Notes under the pieces: generated by a model | Seen by the model: only the letters and a program-made list of their open reading frames with translations | The model's database searches: none | What the model was told of the DNA's origin: nothing | From: an uncultured Acidobacteriota bacterium | Lineage (GTDB): Bacteria; Acidobacteriota; UBA6911 | NCBI GenBank assembly: GCA_963843575.1 | Contig: CAWJKZ010000014.1 | Coordinates: forward strand, 736,001-800,000 | DNA: 64,000 nt | Direction: 5' to 3' | Program-made: the position numbers and the translations under genes | Part shown: in pieces, positions 51,775 through 64,000 of the stretch | Position numbering within the stretch: position 1 is the first letter of the stretch | Layout: every line of letters starts with the position of its first letter

Positions 51775-52338
51775 CTATTCGGCGCCGCGCTCCTGCCCCC
51801 GTTTCGCGAAGGGCATCCCCATAATCCGCAAAAGCTCGAACGCCTCGTCGTCGGTCCGGGCGGTCGTGACCACCGTGATGTTCATCCCGCGCGCCTTGTC
51901 GGCCTTCCCGTAATCGATCTCGGGGAAGTTCAGCTGATCCTTGAGGCCGAGCGTGTAGTTGCCCCGGCCGTCGAAGGACCTCGGCGGCACGCCCCGGAAA
52001 TCGCGCACGCGGGGGAGGGCGATGTTGACGAGGCGGTCGAAGAACTCGTACATGCGGTCGCCGCGCAGCGTGACGGTTACGCCGATCGGCATCCCCTGTC
52101 TCAGCTTGAACGCCGCGATCGACTTCTTGGCCTTGGTGACGACGGCGCGCTGCCCGGTGATGGCGGCGAGTTCCTCGGCGGCCACGTCGAGCACCTTGGC
52201 GTTGGCAATCGCTTCGCCCAGGCCCATGTTGACGTTGATCTTGACCAGCCTGGGCACGGCCATCACGTTCTTATACCCGAACTGCTTGGTCAGCGCCGCG
52301 ACGGCTTCCGTCTTGTAGAATTCCCTCAATCGACTCAT
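51775..52338 (-). CDS. rplE: 50S ribosomal protein L5
   Basis: [16 protein letters not shown]. Confidence 0.97.
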   Translation of the reverse strand: MSRLREFYKTEAVAALTKQFGYKNVMAVPRLVKINVNMGLGEAIANAKVLDVAAEELAAITGQRAVVTKAKKSIAAFKLRQGMPIGVTVTLRGDRMYEFFDRLVNIALPRVRDFRGVPPRSFDGRGNYTLGLKDQLNFPEIDYGKADKARGMNITVVTTARTDDEAFELLRIMGMPFAKRGQERGAE

Positions 52339-52356
52339 GGTATGACCTTTCAGGCC

Positions 52357-52683
52357 TTACTCGTCCAGCAACTCGTTGCAGCTCTTGCAGACCCGCACCT
52401 TGCGCCCGTCCTGCATGGTGCTCACGGCGACGCGCGAGTGCTTGTTGCAGCGCTTGCACATGACCATCAGGTTCGACAAGTCGATGGGCGACTCCTTGGG
52501 GAGAATGCCGCCCTTGACGTTGCGCTGCGGATTGGCACGCGTGTGTTTCTGGATGAAGTTGATCCCCTCGACGATCGCGCGGTTGGCGTCCGGCATGACC
52601 TTCAGGACTTTCCCGGTCTTGCCCCGGTCTTTGCCGGAGAGGACGTAAACCTGGTCGTTTTTCTTGACACGTGTTTTGGGCAT
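52357..52683 (-). CDS. rplX: 50S ribosomal protein L24
   Basis: GKDRGKTGKV, KESPIDLSN. Confidence 0.96.
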   Translation of the reverse strand: MPKTRVKKNDQVYVLSGKDRGKTGKVLKVMPDANRAIVEGINFIQKHTRANPQRNVKGGILPKESPIDLSNLMVMCKRCNKHSRVAVSTMQDGRKVRVCKSCNELLDE

Positions 52684-52708
52684 TTTTTCCTGGCCTCGTT
52701 CGATCGCG

Positions 52709-53077
52709 CTAGAGCACCTCGGGCGCCAGCGAGACGATCTTCAAAAACTCCCTGTCGCGCAGTTCCCGGCTCACGGGGCCGAACACGCGCGTGCCGATCG
52801 GTTCCTTGTCGTCGTTGATCAGAACGGCCGCGTTGTCGTCAAACCGGATGTAGGTCCCGTCCTTGCGCCTGAATTCCTTCTTGGTGCGGACGATCACCGC
52901 CTTGACGACATCGCCCTTTTTGACGGTGCCGTCGGGCGACGCTTCTTTCACGTTGGCCGTGATGATGTCGCCCAGGCTCGCCACCCGGCCCACCTGGTTC
53001 CCGATGGCGTGGATACACGAGATCCTCCGTGCGCCGGAGTTGTCCGCCACCTCCAAAATCGTCCGCATCTGAATCAT
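52709..53077 (-). CDS. rplN: 50S ribosomal protein L14
   Basis: [30 protein letters not shown]. Confidence 0.97.
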   Translation of the reverse strand: MIQMRTILEVADNSGARRISCIHAIGNQVGRVASLGDIITANVKEASPDGTVKKGDVVKAVIVRTKKEFRRKDGTYIRFDDNAAVLINDDKEPIGTRVFGPVSRELRDREFLKIVSLAPEVL

Positions 53078-53161
53078 GACAACCCTCTCACTCGGCCGGC
53101 CGCCGGCGGGTCTTCCCCGCGGGTGGCGCCTGCCCGGCGCCGGCCGCAAACTGGATTCCCG

Positions 53162-53431
53162 CTAGTGCGCCTTGACCAGGATCTCGGCGACGCGCCACCG
53201 TTTCCGGGCGCTCAGCGGCCGCGTTTCCACGATGCGCACCCGGTCGCCGACCTTGCATTCGCCTTTCTCGTCGTGCGCAAGAAACGTGGACGTCTTGCGC
53301 AGGGTCTTCTTGTACAAGTGGTGCCTGACCAGCCGGTCGACGGCGACCTTGACGGTCTTCTGCATAGCCGTGCTGGTCACGATGCCCACCTGATTCTTCC
53401 GCAATCCCCGTTTCGTCTGCTCCGTCGTCAT
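53162..53431 (-). CDS. rpsQ: 30S ribosomal protein S17
   Basis: [15 protein letters not shown]. Confidence 0.96.
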   Translation of the reverse strand: MTTEQTKRGLRKNQVGIVTSTAMQKTVKVAVDRLVRHHLYKKTLRKTSTFLAHDEKGECKVGDRVRIVETRPLSARKRWRVAEILVKAH

Positions 53432-53661
53432 TTCAGCCCTGCCTTGCCTGGGACCTTCTGCTTCCGTTCTTCCTCGAGCTGCATTTCCCGGAGAATCGTC
53501 TGTATCCGGGCGATGTCCCGGCGGACAGACCGCACGCGTGATGCGCTCTCGAGCTGGCCGCTGGCCGTCTGGAAACGCAGCTTGAAGAGCTGCTGCCGCA
53601 GTTCGCCGTCCTCCTGGACCAAGTCCTCCCTGGACATGTCCCTCATTTTGGAAGCTTTCAT
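53428..53661 (-). CDS. rpmC: 50S ribosomal protein L29
   Basis: [16 protein letters not shown]; appears fused to L16 in the ORF track only because of the rplP frameshift. Confidence 0.93.
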   Translation of the reverse strand: MKASKMRDMSREDLVQEDGELRQQLFKLRFQTASGQLESASRVRSVRRDIARIQTILREMQLEEERKQKVPGKAGLK

Positions 53662-54081
53662 GCCTCCTCCTTGCCGAACCGCTTGACGAATTTCGCCTTG
53701 ACCGACAGCTTGTTGGCGGCCAGCCGCATGGCTTCCAGGGCGAGTTCCTCGGCTGACGCCTTCCATCTCATACAGGATCTTGCCGGGACGGACCACGGCG
53801 ACCCAGCCTTCGGGGGCGCCCTTCCCCTTGCCCATACGGGTTTCCGCAGGCTTCTTGGTGATCGGCTTGTCCGGGAAAACCCGGATCCAGATCTTCCCGC
53901 CGCGCTTGATGAAGCGCGTGATGGCGACGCGACCCGCCTCGATCTGCCGGTCGGTCACCCACCCGGCCTCGAGCGCCTTCAGGCCGTACTCCCCAAAGGT
54001 GACCTCGGAGCCGCGCCATGCCTTGCCGCGGCGCTTCCCCTTCTGCTGCTTGCGATACTTGACCTTCTTCGGCATCAACAT
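53658..54081 (-). CDS. rplP: 50S ribosomal protein L16 (frameshift near 53752)
   Basis: [18 protein letters not shown]; C-terminus [10 protein letters not shown] in the shifted frame. Confidence 0.94.
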
Positions 54082-54087
54082 GAGCTG

Positions 54088-54756
54088 CTACTCCCGCCGG
54101 CCGGCTTCGCGCGTCCGTTCCGGCCTCTGCATTTCGAAAACCTCGCCCTTGTAGATCCAGACCTTGACCCCGATCACACCGTAGGTGGTGTGCGCTTCGG
54201 CGAAGCCGTAGTCGATGTCGGCCCGTATGGTGTGCAGCGGCAGCTGGCCGTGCAGGTACCACTCGGTGCGCGCGATTTCCGCGCCGTTGAGGCGCCCCGA
54301 GGTGCGTACCTTGATCCCCTTGGCCCCGAAGCGCAGGGTGCTGTCCACGGCCCGCCGCATGGCGCGGCGGAAGGCGATGCGCTTCTCGAGCTGCTGTGCG
54401 ATCCCCTCGGAAACTAGCTGCGCGTCGAGTTCGGGTTTGTTGACCTCCTGGATCTTGAGGTTGATGTCGCGACCCGTGAGCGTCTGGAGATCCTTCTTGA
54501 GCTTCTCGATCTCCGTCCCCTTCTTCCCGACGATGATGCCGGGACGGGACGTGAAGATGATGATGGTCAGCTTGTTCGCAGCGCGTTCCACCTCGATGCG
54601 GGAGATGCCCGCGTGCGCGAACTTCTTCTTGAGCATCGCCTTCAGGTGGAGATCCTCGTGCAGCAACTCCCCGTAGTCCTTGCGCGCGAACCAGCGCGAG
54701 CGCCACGTGCGGTTGACGCCTAGCCTGAACCCGTATGGATGAACTTTCTGACCCAC
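54088..54756 (-). CDS. rpsC: 30S ribosomal protein S3
   Basis: [23 protein letters not shown]. Confidence 0.97.
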   Translation of the reverse strand: MGQKVHPYGFRLGVNRTWRSRWFARKDYGELLHEDLHLKAMLKKKFAHAGISRIEVERAANKLTIIIFTSRPGIIVGKKGTEIEKLKKDLQTLTGRDINLKIQEVNKPELDAQLVSEGIAQQLEKRIAFRRAMRRAVDSTLRFGAKGIKVRTSGRLNGAEIARTEWYLHGQLPLHTIRADIDYGFAEAHTTYGVIGVKVWIYKGEVFEMQRPERTREAGRRE

Positions 54757-54768
54757 GGTGGAACCTCC

Positions 54769-55122
54769 TTACCCCTCGGTGTCGCTGCCCTTGATGGAAA
54801 TCGTGATGTGCTTGTACCGGCGCTGCTCGCGGTAGGCGCGCCCCATCGGGGCCGGCCGCACCCTCCGTCTCCACTTGGTCGGGCCCGTGTCGATGACGGC
54901 CCGGTCGATGACGAACTGGTCGACATCCGCCGCCGCGTTCTTCTCCTTGGCGTTCGCCACGGCCGAAAGGAGCACCTTCTCGATGGAACGCGTCGCGCGC
55001 TTGTTCGTGAAGCGCAGGATCCCCAGCGCCTCCTGGACATTTCTCCCGCGGATCAGGTCGATGACCAGCCGGGCCTTCTGTGGAGACCCTTTGATGTATT
55101 TTCCTTTCGCACTCGCTTCCAT
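54769..55122 (-). CDS. rplV: 50S ribosomal protein L22
   Basis: SPQKARLVIDLIRG, SAVANA. Confidence 0.96.
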   Translation of the reverse strand: MEASAKGKYIKGSPQKARLVIDLIRGRNVQEALGILRFTNKRATRSIEKVLLSAVANAKEKNAAADVDQFVIDRAVIDTGPTKWRRRVRPAPMGRAYREQRRYKHITISIKGSDTEG

Positions 55123-55177
55123 ATCTACCTCGGTTCGCAATTCGCCAATCGCGGGCCGCCGCGCGGGCAGGCCCGGC

Positions 55178-55474
55178 CTACGCGGGCGGTTTCACCGCCG
55201 TTGCTCTCTCGGCCACCTTGGTGGTATGCCCCTTGAAGATGCGTGTCGGGGCAAATTCCCCGAGCTTGTGGCTCACCATGTTCTCCGAGATGTAGATCGG
55301 GATGAATTTCTTGCCGTTGTGCACCGCGACGGTGTGGCCGACCATCTCCGGTGTGATGGTCGAACGCCTCGACCAGGTCTTGATGACGGTGCGGCCGCCG
55401 GTGCCGGAGACAGCGCGAATCTTCTTCAACAGGTGATCGTCGACAAACGGCCCCTTCTTGACGGATCTGGCCAT
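55178..55474 (-). CDS. rpsS: 30S ribosomal protein S19
   Basis: [27 protein letters not shown]. Confidence 0.97.
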   Translation of the reverse strand: MARSVKKGPFVDDHLLKKIRAVSGTGGRTVIKTWSRRSTITPEMVGHTVAVHNGKKFIPIYISENMVSHKLGEFAPTRIFKGHTTKVAERATAVKPPA

Positions 55475-55486
55475 GAACCACTCCTC

Positions 55487-56314
55487 CTACTTCTTGTCGC
55501 GGCGCTTGATGATGAACCGCTGCGTCCGCTTGTTGTTGCGCGTCTTGTAGCCCTTCGTCGGCTGGCCCCACGGGCTGACGGGGTTTCTCCCGCCGGAGGT
55601 CTTGCCTTCGCCGCCGCCGTGCGGGTGGTCGATCGGGTTCATGGCGACCCCGCGCACCGTTGGGCGCCTCCCGAGCCACCGGGTCCGGCCGGCCTTGCCG
55701 ATGGACACGTTCTCGTGGTCGAGGTTGCCGACCTGCCCGATGGTCGCGTAGCACTCGAGGTGGACCATGCGGGTTTCGCCCGACGGCATCTTGAGTTGGG
55801 CGTAACCGGCCTCCTTGGCCAGCAACTGCGCGGCCGTACCCGCCGAGCGCGCCAGCTGTCCGCCGTGGCCCAGCTTCAGCTCGATGTTGTGCACCATCGT
55901 GCCGAGCGGGATGTTCTTGAGCGGGAGCGCGTTGCCGACCAGGATGTCCGCGCCCGCCCCGGCGACGATCGTGGCCCCGACCTTCAGGCCGTTGGGCGCC
56001 AGGATGTAGCGCTTCTCCCCGTCCGCGTAGGACAGCAGCGCGATGCGGGCCGACCGGTTCGGGTCGTATTCGAGCGAGGTGACCTTGGCCGGGATCTCGC
56101 GCTTGTCGCGTTGGAAGTCTATGACCCGGTAGAGCTTCTTGTGCCCGCCCCCACGGTGCCGCACCTGCAGGTGCCCCTTGTTGTCGCGCCCAGAAATCCG
56201 CCGTTTGTGCGTCGTCAGGCGCTTCAGCGGCCTGTCCTGGCTCAGTTCGTCCTTGTCCAGGGTAGTCCGGAACCGGATTGCCGGAGAAGTCGGCCTGTAT
56301 GTCTTGATCGCCAT
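55487..56314 (-). CDS. rplB: 50S ribosomal protein L2
   Basis: [25 protein letters not shown]. Confidence 0.98.
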   Translation of the reverse strand: MAIKTYRPTSPAIRFRTTLDKDELSQDRPLKRLTTHKRRISGRDNKGHLQVRHRGGGHKKLYRVIDFQRDKREIPAKVTSLEYDPNRSARIALLSYADGEKRYILAPNGLKVGATIVAGAGADILVGNALPLKNIPLGTMVHNIELKLGHGGQLARSAGTAAQLLAKEAGYAQLKMPSGETRMVHLECYATIGQVGNLDHENVSIGKAGRTRWLGRRPTVRGVAMNPIDHPHGGGEGKTSGGRNPVSPWGQPTKGYKTRNNKRTQRFIIKRRDKK

Positions 56315-56338
56315 GTCTTCACCTGCTCCCGCCGGGCG

Positions 56339-56632
56339 TCAAACCGCCTCGGAGAATTCGACCATCTTCTCGCCCTGCTTCAGCGTGACGTAGGCCTTCT
56401 TCCAGTCCGGACGCCGGCCGGCATAACGCCCCTGACGCCTGTTCTTACCGTGAAAGATGGCGGTGCGCACGCTGTCGACCTTTACCTTGAAGATCTTCTC
56501 GACGGCCTCTTTGATCTCCTGCTTGTTGGCGTCTCGGGCGACCTTGAACGTGAGCGTCCTGAGGTTTTCCTTCTGGAACGTGCTCTTTTCGGTAATGACC
56601 GGCAGCCTGAGGACTTCGTGTGAGCGGCTCAT
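56339..56632 (-). CDS. rplW: 50S ribosomal protein L23
   Basis: PVITEKS, WKKAYVTL. Confidence 0.96.
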   Translation of the reverse strand: MSRSHEVLRLPVITEKSTFQKENLRTLTFKVARDANKQEIKEAVEKIFKVKVDSVRTAIFHGKNRRQGRYAGRRPDWKKAYVTLKQGEKMVEFSEAV

Positions 56633-57255
56633 CGGCTGAGTACCTCCTGGACCTGAAGTATGGCGTCCTTGGAAAAGATCAGCTGGGAGCTGTTAACCAC
56701 GTCCCTGATGTTGACGCCCGTGCCGGGAACCAGCTTCACGCCCGGCAGGTTGCGCGACGACAGTTCGAGGTCGCGGTTTTCCCCGGTGTTCACCAGCAGG
56801 ACCTTCCCGGACCCGCCCAAGACCTGCAGGACCCGCTTGAAGTCGCGCGTCTTGTGCCCTTCCAGGCGGAACGCATCGACTACGGTTATGCAGTTCAGCC
56901 CCAGCTTGGCCGACAGCGCGGAGCGCAACGCCCCCCGGATCTTTTTCCGGGGGAAGTTGTAGCGGTAGTCGCGCGGCTGCGGGCCGTGCACGGTGCCGCC
57001 GTGCCGCCAGACCGGGCTGCGGACGCTGCCGATGCGGGCGCGTCCGGTGCCCTTTTGCCGCCACAGCTTCTTGCCGCTGCCGCTGACCTCCCCGCGGGTC
57101 TTCGTCGCTGCCGTCCCGGCGCGCTGCGAGTCCTCGTAGTGCTTGACCGCCTCCCAGATGAGCGGCTCGTTGAACTCGGCCTTGAAAACCTCGTCGGACA
57201 GGTCGAGCTTCTCGACAATCTCGTTCGAGAGGTTTCGCACTTCAATCTCAGCCAT
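56629..57255 (-). CDS. rplD: 50S ribosomal protein L4
   Basis: WRQKGTGRAR.GS.RSP.WRHGG. Confidence 0.97.
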   Translation of the reverse strand: MAEIEVRNLSNEIVEKLDLSDEVFKAEFNEPLIWEAVKHYEDSQRAGTAATKTRGEVSGSGKKLWRQKGTGRARIGSVRSPVWRHGGTVHGPQPRDYRYNFPRKKIRGALRSALSAKLGLNCITVVDAFRLEGHKTRDFKRVLQVLGGSGKVLLVNTGENRDLELSSRNLPGVKLVPGTGVNIRDVVNSSQLIFSKDAILQVQEVLSR

Positions 57256-57302
57256 GGCTGACCCTCACCTCTGAATGACGGGCGATCCCCCGCCCCGCCT
57301 CG

Positions 57303-57929
57303 TCAGGCTTTCTCGATGATGACATATCCGCCGTTGCGCCCGGGCACGGCCCCTTTGACCACCAGCAGGTTTTCCTCGTTCTGAATCCGCACGACCTTCA
57401 GGCCGTCGACGGTCACGCGCTCGTCCCCCATGTGGCCGGCGGCGCGCATCCCGGGCAGGACACGGCTCGGGTAGGCGGACGCACCGATCGATCCCGGGGC
57501 CCGGTGAAACATCGACCCGTGGGTCGCGGCACCGCCGCGGAAATGGTGGCGCTTGATCAGCCCGGCGAAGCCCCGACCCTTGCTCGTCCCCGTGACGCGG
57601 ATCGCGTCGGACGGCTGGAAAACCTGGTTGACGAGCACCTGGTCCCCGACGTTCAGCGCGTCCCCGTCGGCCAGCCGGAACTCCCGCAGCACCCGGCAGG
57701 GAGGAACGCCGGCCTTCTTGAAGTGCCCGGCCCGCGGCTTCTTCACCCGTCCGGGGCGTACGAACTCGACCAGCCCGAGCTGCAGGGCGTCGTAGCCGTC
57801 CTTGTCCTTCATCTTCCGCTGCACGACCACGCAGGGGCCGGCCTTGATTACGGTGACCGGTATGACGGTTCCGTCCGCGTCAAACACCTGGGTCATCCCG
57901 ACCTTCACGCCAATGAGTCCATCCACCAT
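57303..57929 (-). CDS. rplC: 50S ribosomal protein L3
   Basis: [22 protein letters not shown]. Confidence 0.97.
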   Translation of the reverse strand: MVDGLIGVKVGMTQVFDADGTVIPVTVIKAGPCVVVQRKMKDKDGYDALQLGLVEFVRPGRVKKPRAGHFKKAGVPPCRVLREFRLADGDALNVGDQVLVNQVFQPSDAIRVTGTSKGRGFAGLIKRHHFRGGAATHGSMFHRAPGSIGASAYPSRVLPGMRAAGHMGDERVTVDGLKVVRIQNEENLLVVKGAVPGRNGGYVIIEKA

Positions 57930-58019
57930 TTTGGTTCCCCTCGTCCGGTGCCGCGTCTTCTTTCCGGCCGCTCGCCGGGAAAGGCGAACGTCGGGCCCGA
58001 AGAAGCCCGCGCCGGCAGC

Positions 58020-58346
58020 CTACTTGTGTTCCGTGCCGAAGGCCTTGATTTCGACGTCGATGGCCGCGGGCAAGTCCAGCTTCATCAGCGCGTCGACGGT
58101 CTGCGGCGTCGGCTCCAGGATGTCGACCAGCCGCTTGTGCGTGCGGATCTCGAACTGCTCCCGGGATTTCTTGTCGACGTGCGGCGAGCGCAGTACGCAG
58201 AACTTGTTCTTGACCGTCGGCAGCGGGATGGGTCCCGACACGCGCGAACCGGTGCGCTTGGCTATCTCGACGATCTCCGAGGTGGATTGATCCAGCACCC
58301 GGTAATCGTACGCCTTCAATCGAATTCGGATCTTTTCGTTCAGCAT
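58020..58346 (-). CDS. rpsJ: 30S ribosomal protein S10
   Basis: [30 protein letters not shown]. Confidence 0.97.
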   Translation of the reverse strand: MLNEKIRIRLKAYDYRVLDQSTSEIVEIAKRTGSRVSGPIPLPTVKNKFCVLRSPHVDKKSREQFEIRTHKRLVDILEPTPQTVDALMKLDLPAAIDVEIKAFGTEHK

Positions 58347-58356
58347 ATGGTCTCGC

Positions 58357-59544
<1,188 letters not shown>

Positions 59545-59562
59545 ATGTCTCTCCCGGATCCT

Positions 59563-61658
<2,096 letters not shown>

Positions 61659-61670
61659 CTAAAACCTCGA

Positions 61671-62141
61671 TTACCAGCGGTAATGCGCGAAGGCCTTGTT
61701 GGCCTCCGCCATCCGATGGGTATCTTCCTTCTTCTTGATGGCACCGCCGCGGTTGTTGGATGCATCCAGGATCTCGGAGGCCAGCTTTTCCCTCATCGTC
61801 TTCTCGCTCCGCCCGCGCGAATTCGAGATGATCCATCGGATGGCCAGCGAAGTCCTGCGATCCTGAGGGACCTCGATCGGGACCTGGTACGTGGCGCCGC
61901 CCACGCGCCGCGACTTGACCTCCAGGATCGGCTTGACCTGATCGAGCGCCTTCTTGAACACCTTGACCGGATCTTCCTTGGCACGGTCCTTGATCACGTC
62001 GAGGGCGCCATAGAAGATGTGCTCGGCCACGCTCTTCTTCCCCTCCTCCATCATGCAATTGATGAACTTGGTGATGAGCGTGCTGCCGTAAAGTGGATCC
62101 GGCAAGGTTTCCCGCTTGGGTACTTCTCTTCGCCTCGGCAT
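61671..62141 (-). CDS. rpsG: 30S ribosomal protein S7
   Basis: [25 protein letters not shown]. Confidence 0.98.
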   Translation of the reverse strand: MPRRREVPKRETLPDPLYGSTLITKFINCMMEEGKKSVAEHIFYGALDVIKDRAKEDPVKVFKKALDQVKPILEVKSRRVGGATYQVPIEVPQDRRTSLAIRWIISNSRGRSEKTMREKLASEILDASNNRGGAIKKKEDTHRMAEANKAFAHYRW

Positions 62142-62298
62142 GCTGAAAGATCTCCTGCTGCTTCCTTGTATTCGTCACCGCTCTCGAGTCAAGGGTATCG
62201 TCCCCTGAGAGCGAACTTCGTCGGCTCTGGCAATTGCCAACCGAAGAATCGCCGGGCGTAAACCCGTCACCCTTTTTGTTTGTTTGTGAAAGGAGTGA

Positions 62299-62673
62299 TT
62301 AGCTTTTGGGCCGCTTGGCACCATACTTGGAGCGGGAGTTCTTGCGATCCTGAACTCCCACGGAATCCAGAGTGCCCCGCACAACATGGTAGCGAACCCC
62401 AGGGAGGTCCTTGACACGTCCACCGCGAATCAACACGATGGAGTGTTCTTGCAGATTGTGCCCGATACCGGGGATGTAGGTTGTCACCTCGATCCCGTTG
62501 GTCAGACGGACACGCGCAACTTTGCGCAGGGCCGAGTTGGGCTTCTTGGGTGTAGACGTGTACACCCTCGTGCAAACTCCCCTGCGCTGAGGACTTCCCT
62601 GCAAAGCCGGACTCTTCGTCTTGTAACGAATCTTCTTTCGGCCAGAACGAACCAGCTGATTGAAGGTCGGCAA
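62299..62673 (-). CDS. rpsL: 30S ribosomal protein S12
   Basis: [22 protein letters not shown]; TTG start. Confidence 0.98.
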   Translation of the reverse strand: MPTFNQLVRSGRKKIRYKTKSPALQGSPQRRGVCTRVYTSTPKKPNSALRKVARVRLTNGIEVTTYIPGIGHNLQEHSIVLIRGGRVKDLPGVRYHVVRGTLDSVGVQDRKNSRSKYGAKRPKS

Positions 62674-62995
62674 ACTATACTCTCCTTTGCCCTACATGGC
62701 TGTGCTTCCGGTACTTGCGTGCCCCGGCCACAGCCCTTGATAAATACAGCGAAAAACCGCACGAATATAGCAAACGAGCCAAATGCTGTCAAGCAAATAG
62801 CCCGATTGCACCCCTCGCAGCGACAACGAATCGGACAAGCGGCAAAGGATACCTGTCCCCGAGTCGAAAATCCACCCCCCGCGCAGGATTCGCAAGAATT
62901 TCTTGCCCGGGGAGCGCGCCCACCCGTTAGACACGCAGGGAGGGACCCGATGCGAAACGGTCCTCACCCGTCAACAAAAGCGAGGAGGAACCGAG

Positions 62996-63373
62996 ATGGG
63001 CTGCCTCAACAGAGTGCTTCTCATCGGCAGGCTCGGCAAGGACCCGAACGAGCACATAACCGGCGGCGGCACGCCGGTTTCGAACTTCAGCCTGGCGACT
63101 GATCAGGTCCGCAACAGCAACGGCACACCGCAGAAAACCACCGAGTGGCACAAGGTGGTCGCCTACGGCAAGGCGGCCGAACTGTGCAACCACTACCTGC
63201 GAAAAGGAAGGCTGGTGTGCATCGAGGGTTCGTTGCAGACACGATCGTGGGAGAAACCCGCGGGGGAAAAGCACTACTCGACCGAGGTCATCGTCGCCCG
63301 GGTGACCTTTCTCGACAGGAACTCGGCGGCGCCGGCCGACGAACCCGAACAATCATCCGAGGACGAAGGATGA
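62996..63373 (+). CDS. ssb: single-stranded DNA-binding protein
   Basis: LNRVLLIGRLGKDP, TEWHKVV, KGRLVCIEGSL; GAGGA RBS. Confidence 0.92.
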   Translation: MGCLNRVLLIGRLGKDPNEHITGGGTPVSNFSLATDQVRNSNGTPQKTTEWHKVVAYGKAAELCNHYLRKGRLVCIEGSLQTRSWEKPAGEKHYSTEVIVARVTFLDRNSAAPADEPEQSSEDEG

Positions 63374-63605
63374 GTGCGGCGCGCGACCCAACGGGGCCGA
63401 CCCAATCCGGAAACTCCTCCGCCCGAGCGCACGGCTGGAGTCCGCGTCCCTGCCCCTGAAACGGTTTGCCCGCGCGGCATCAGGCCAATCCCGGCCGCGG
63501 GCGGAGCAGGCGGGGTGGATGAACCGCGGGCCGGTCAACCCCCGGCGCCGCTGCCGGACGGTGGCGCGTCAAATCGGGTCTGGCATGCTATAATCCGCTC
63601 CGATT

Positions 63606-64000
63606 ATGACGAGCGAGCAGTCTGCCACGGGGAGGAGGCGCGGGCTTCCGCGCTGGCTCCTCGTTTTTTATAGTCTCCTGATCCTCATCGTCCTGGTCGC
63701 CGGTACCGTCTTCGGCATTCTGGTGGGCTACGAATACAACCTGCCCCAGATCCAGAGCCTGGAGGACTATCGACCCGACGTGATCACGGCGGTTTACTCG
63801 GACGACAACAAGGTTATCGGTGAGTTCGCCGTCGAGCGCCGCATCGTGGTCCCCTTCGAGGAAATCCCGCCGTACATGCAGCTCGCCATTCTCGCCGCCG
63901 AGGATGACCAGTTCTACAACCACTCCGGGATCAATTACATCTCGCTGCTCCGCGCCGCGTACAAGGACCTCATCTCGATGTCGCGCGCCGAGGGGGCCAG
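63606..64000 (+). CDS. penicillin-binding protein 1A (5' partial)
   Basis: Manual translation: TM anchor, LPQIQSLEDYRP, EFAVERR, AEDDQFYNHSGI transglycosylase motif. Confidence 0.88.
   Translation, partial: MTSEQSATGRRRGLPRWLLVFYSLLILIVLVAGTVFGILVGYEYNLPQIQSLEDYRPDVITAVYSDDNKVIGEFAVERRIVVPFEEIPPYMQLAILAAEDDQFYNHSGINYISLLRAAYKDLISMSRAEGA

Noticed and set aside
53428-54081. Apparent L16-L29 fusion
   Set aside because: Created by a single-base frameshift; the normal L16 C-terminus is present in another frame

Overview
GC-rich bacterial window, most likely Acidobacteriota (ADOP-permease remnant, RpoA N-terminus KGFQKPKRL). It has three parts. (1) 1-3000: housekeeping and enzyme genes (apt, acyP, aldo/keto-reductase-like, SGNH hydrolase). 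(2) About 3100-27766: an accessory region abutting the 3' end of tRNA-Pro(CGG) and ending in a tyrosine-integrase remnant. It holds gene fragments, secreted carbohydrate enzymes, an IS91 remnant, a Ser/Thr kinase-FGE fusion, and an intact 2460-bp IS (17-bp TIRs, 5-bp TSD) inserted in a decayed transglutaminase-like gene. Most notably it carries an intact, translationally coupled three-gene operon at 20450-25063: a UG/Abi-like reverse transcriptase (WGDD motif, duplicated Tyr-containing linker motif), a Zn-ribbon protein and a cytoplasmic S8 protease with a Cys-rich tail. A possibly structured leader lies upstream; this is a candidate undescribed RT-protease defence system. (3) 27767-64000: core genome with two tRNA-Pro, surE, IHF/HU, der, a sigma54 two-component pair, coaD, rsmD, recG, ribA, the str-S10-spc-alpha ribosomal cluster, ssb and PBP1A. 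Many genes, including essential ones, carry single-base frameshifts, most simply explained by long-read assembly error. All family calls come from motif recognition; no database searches were run.
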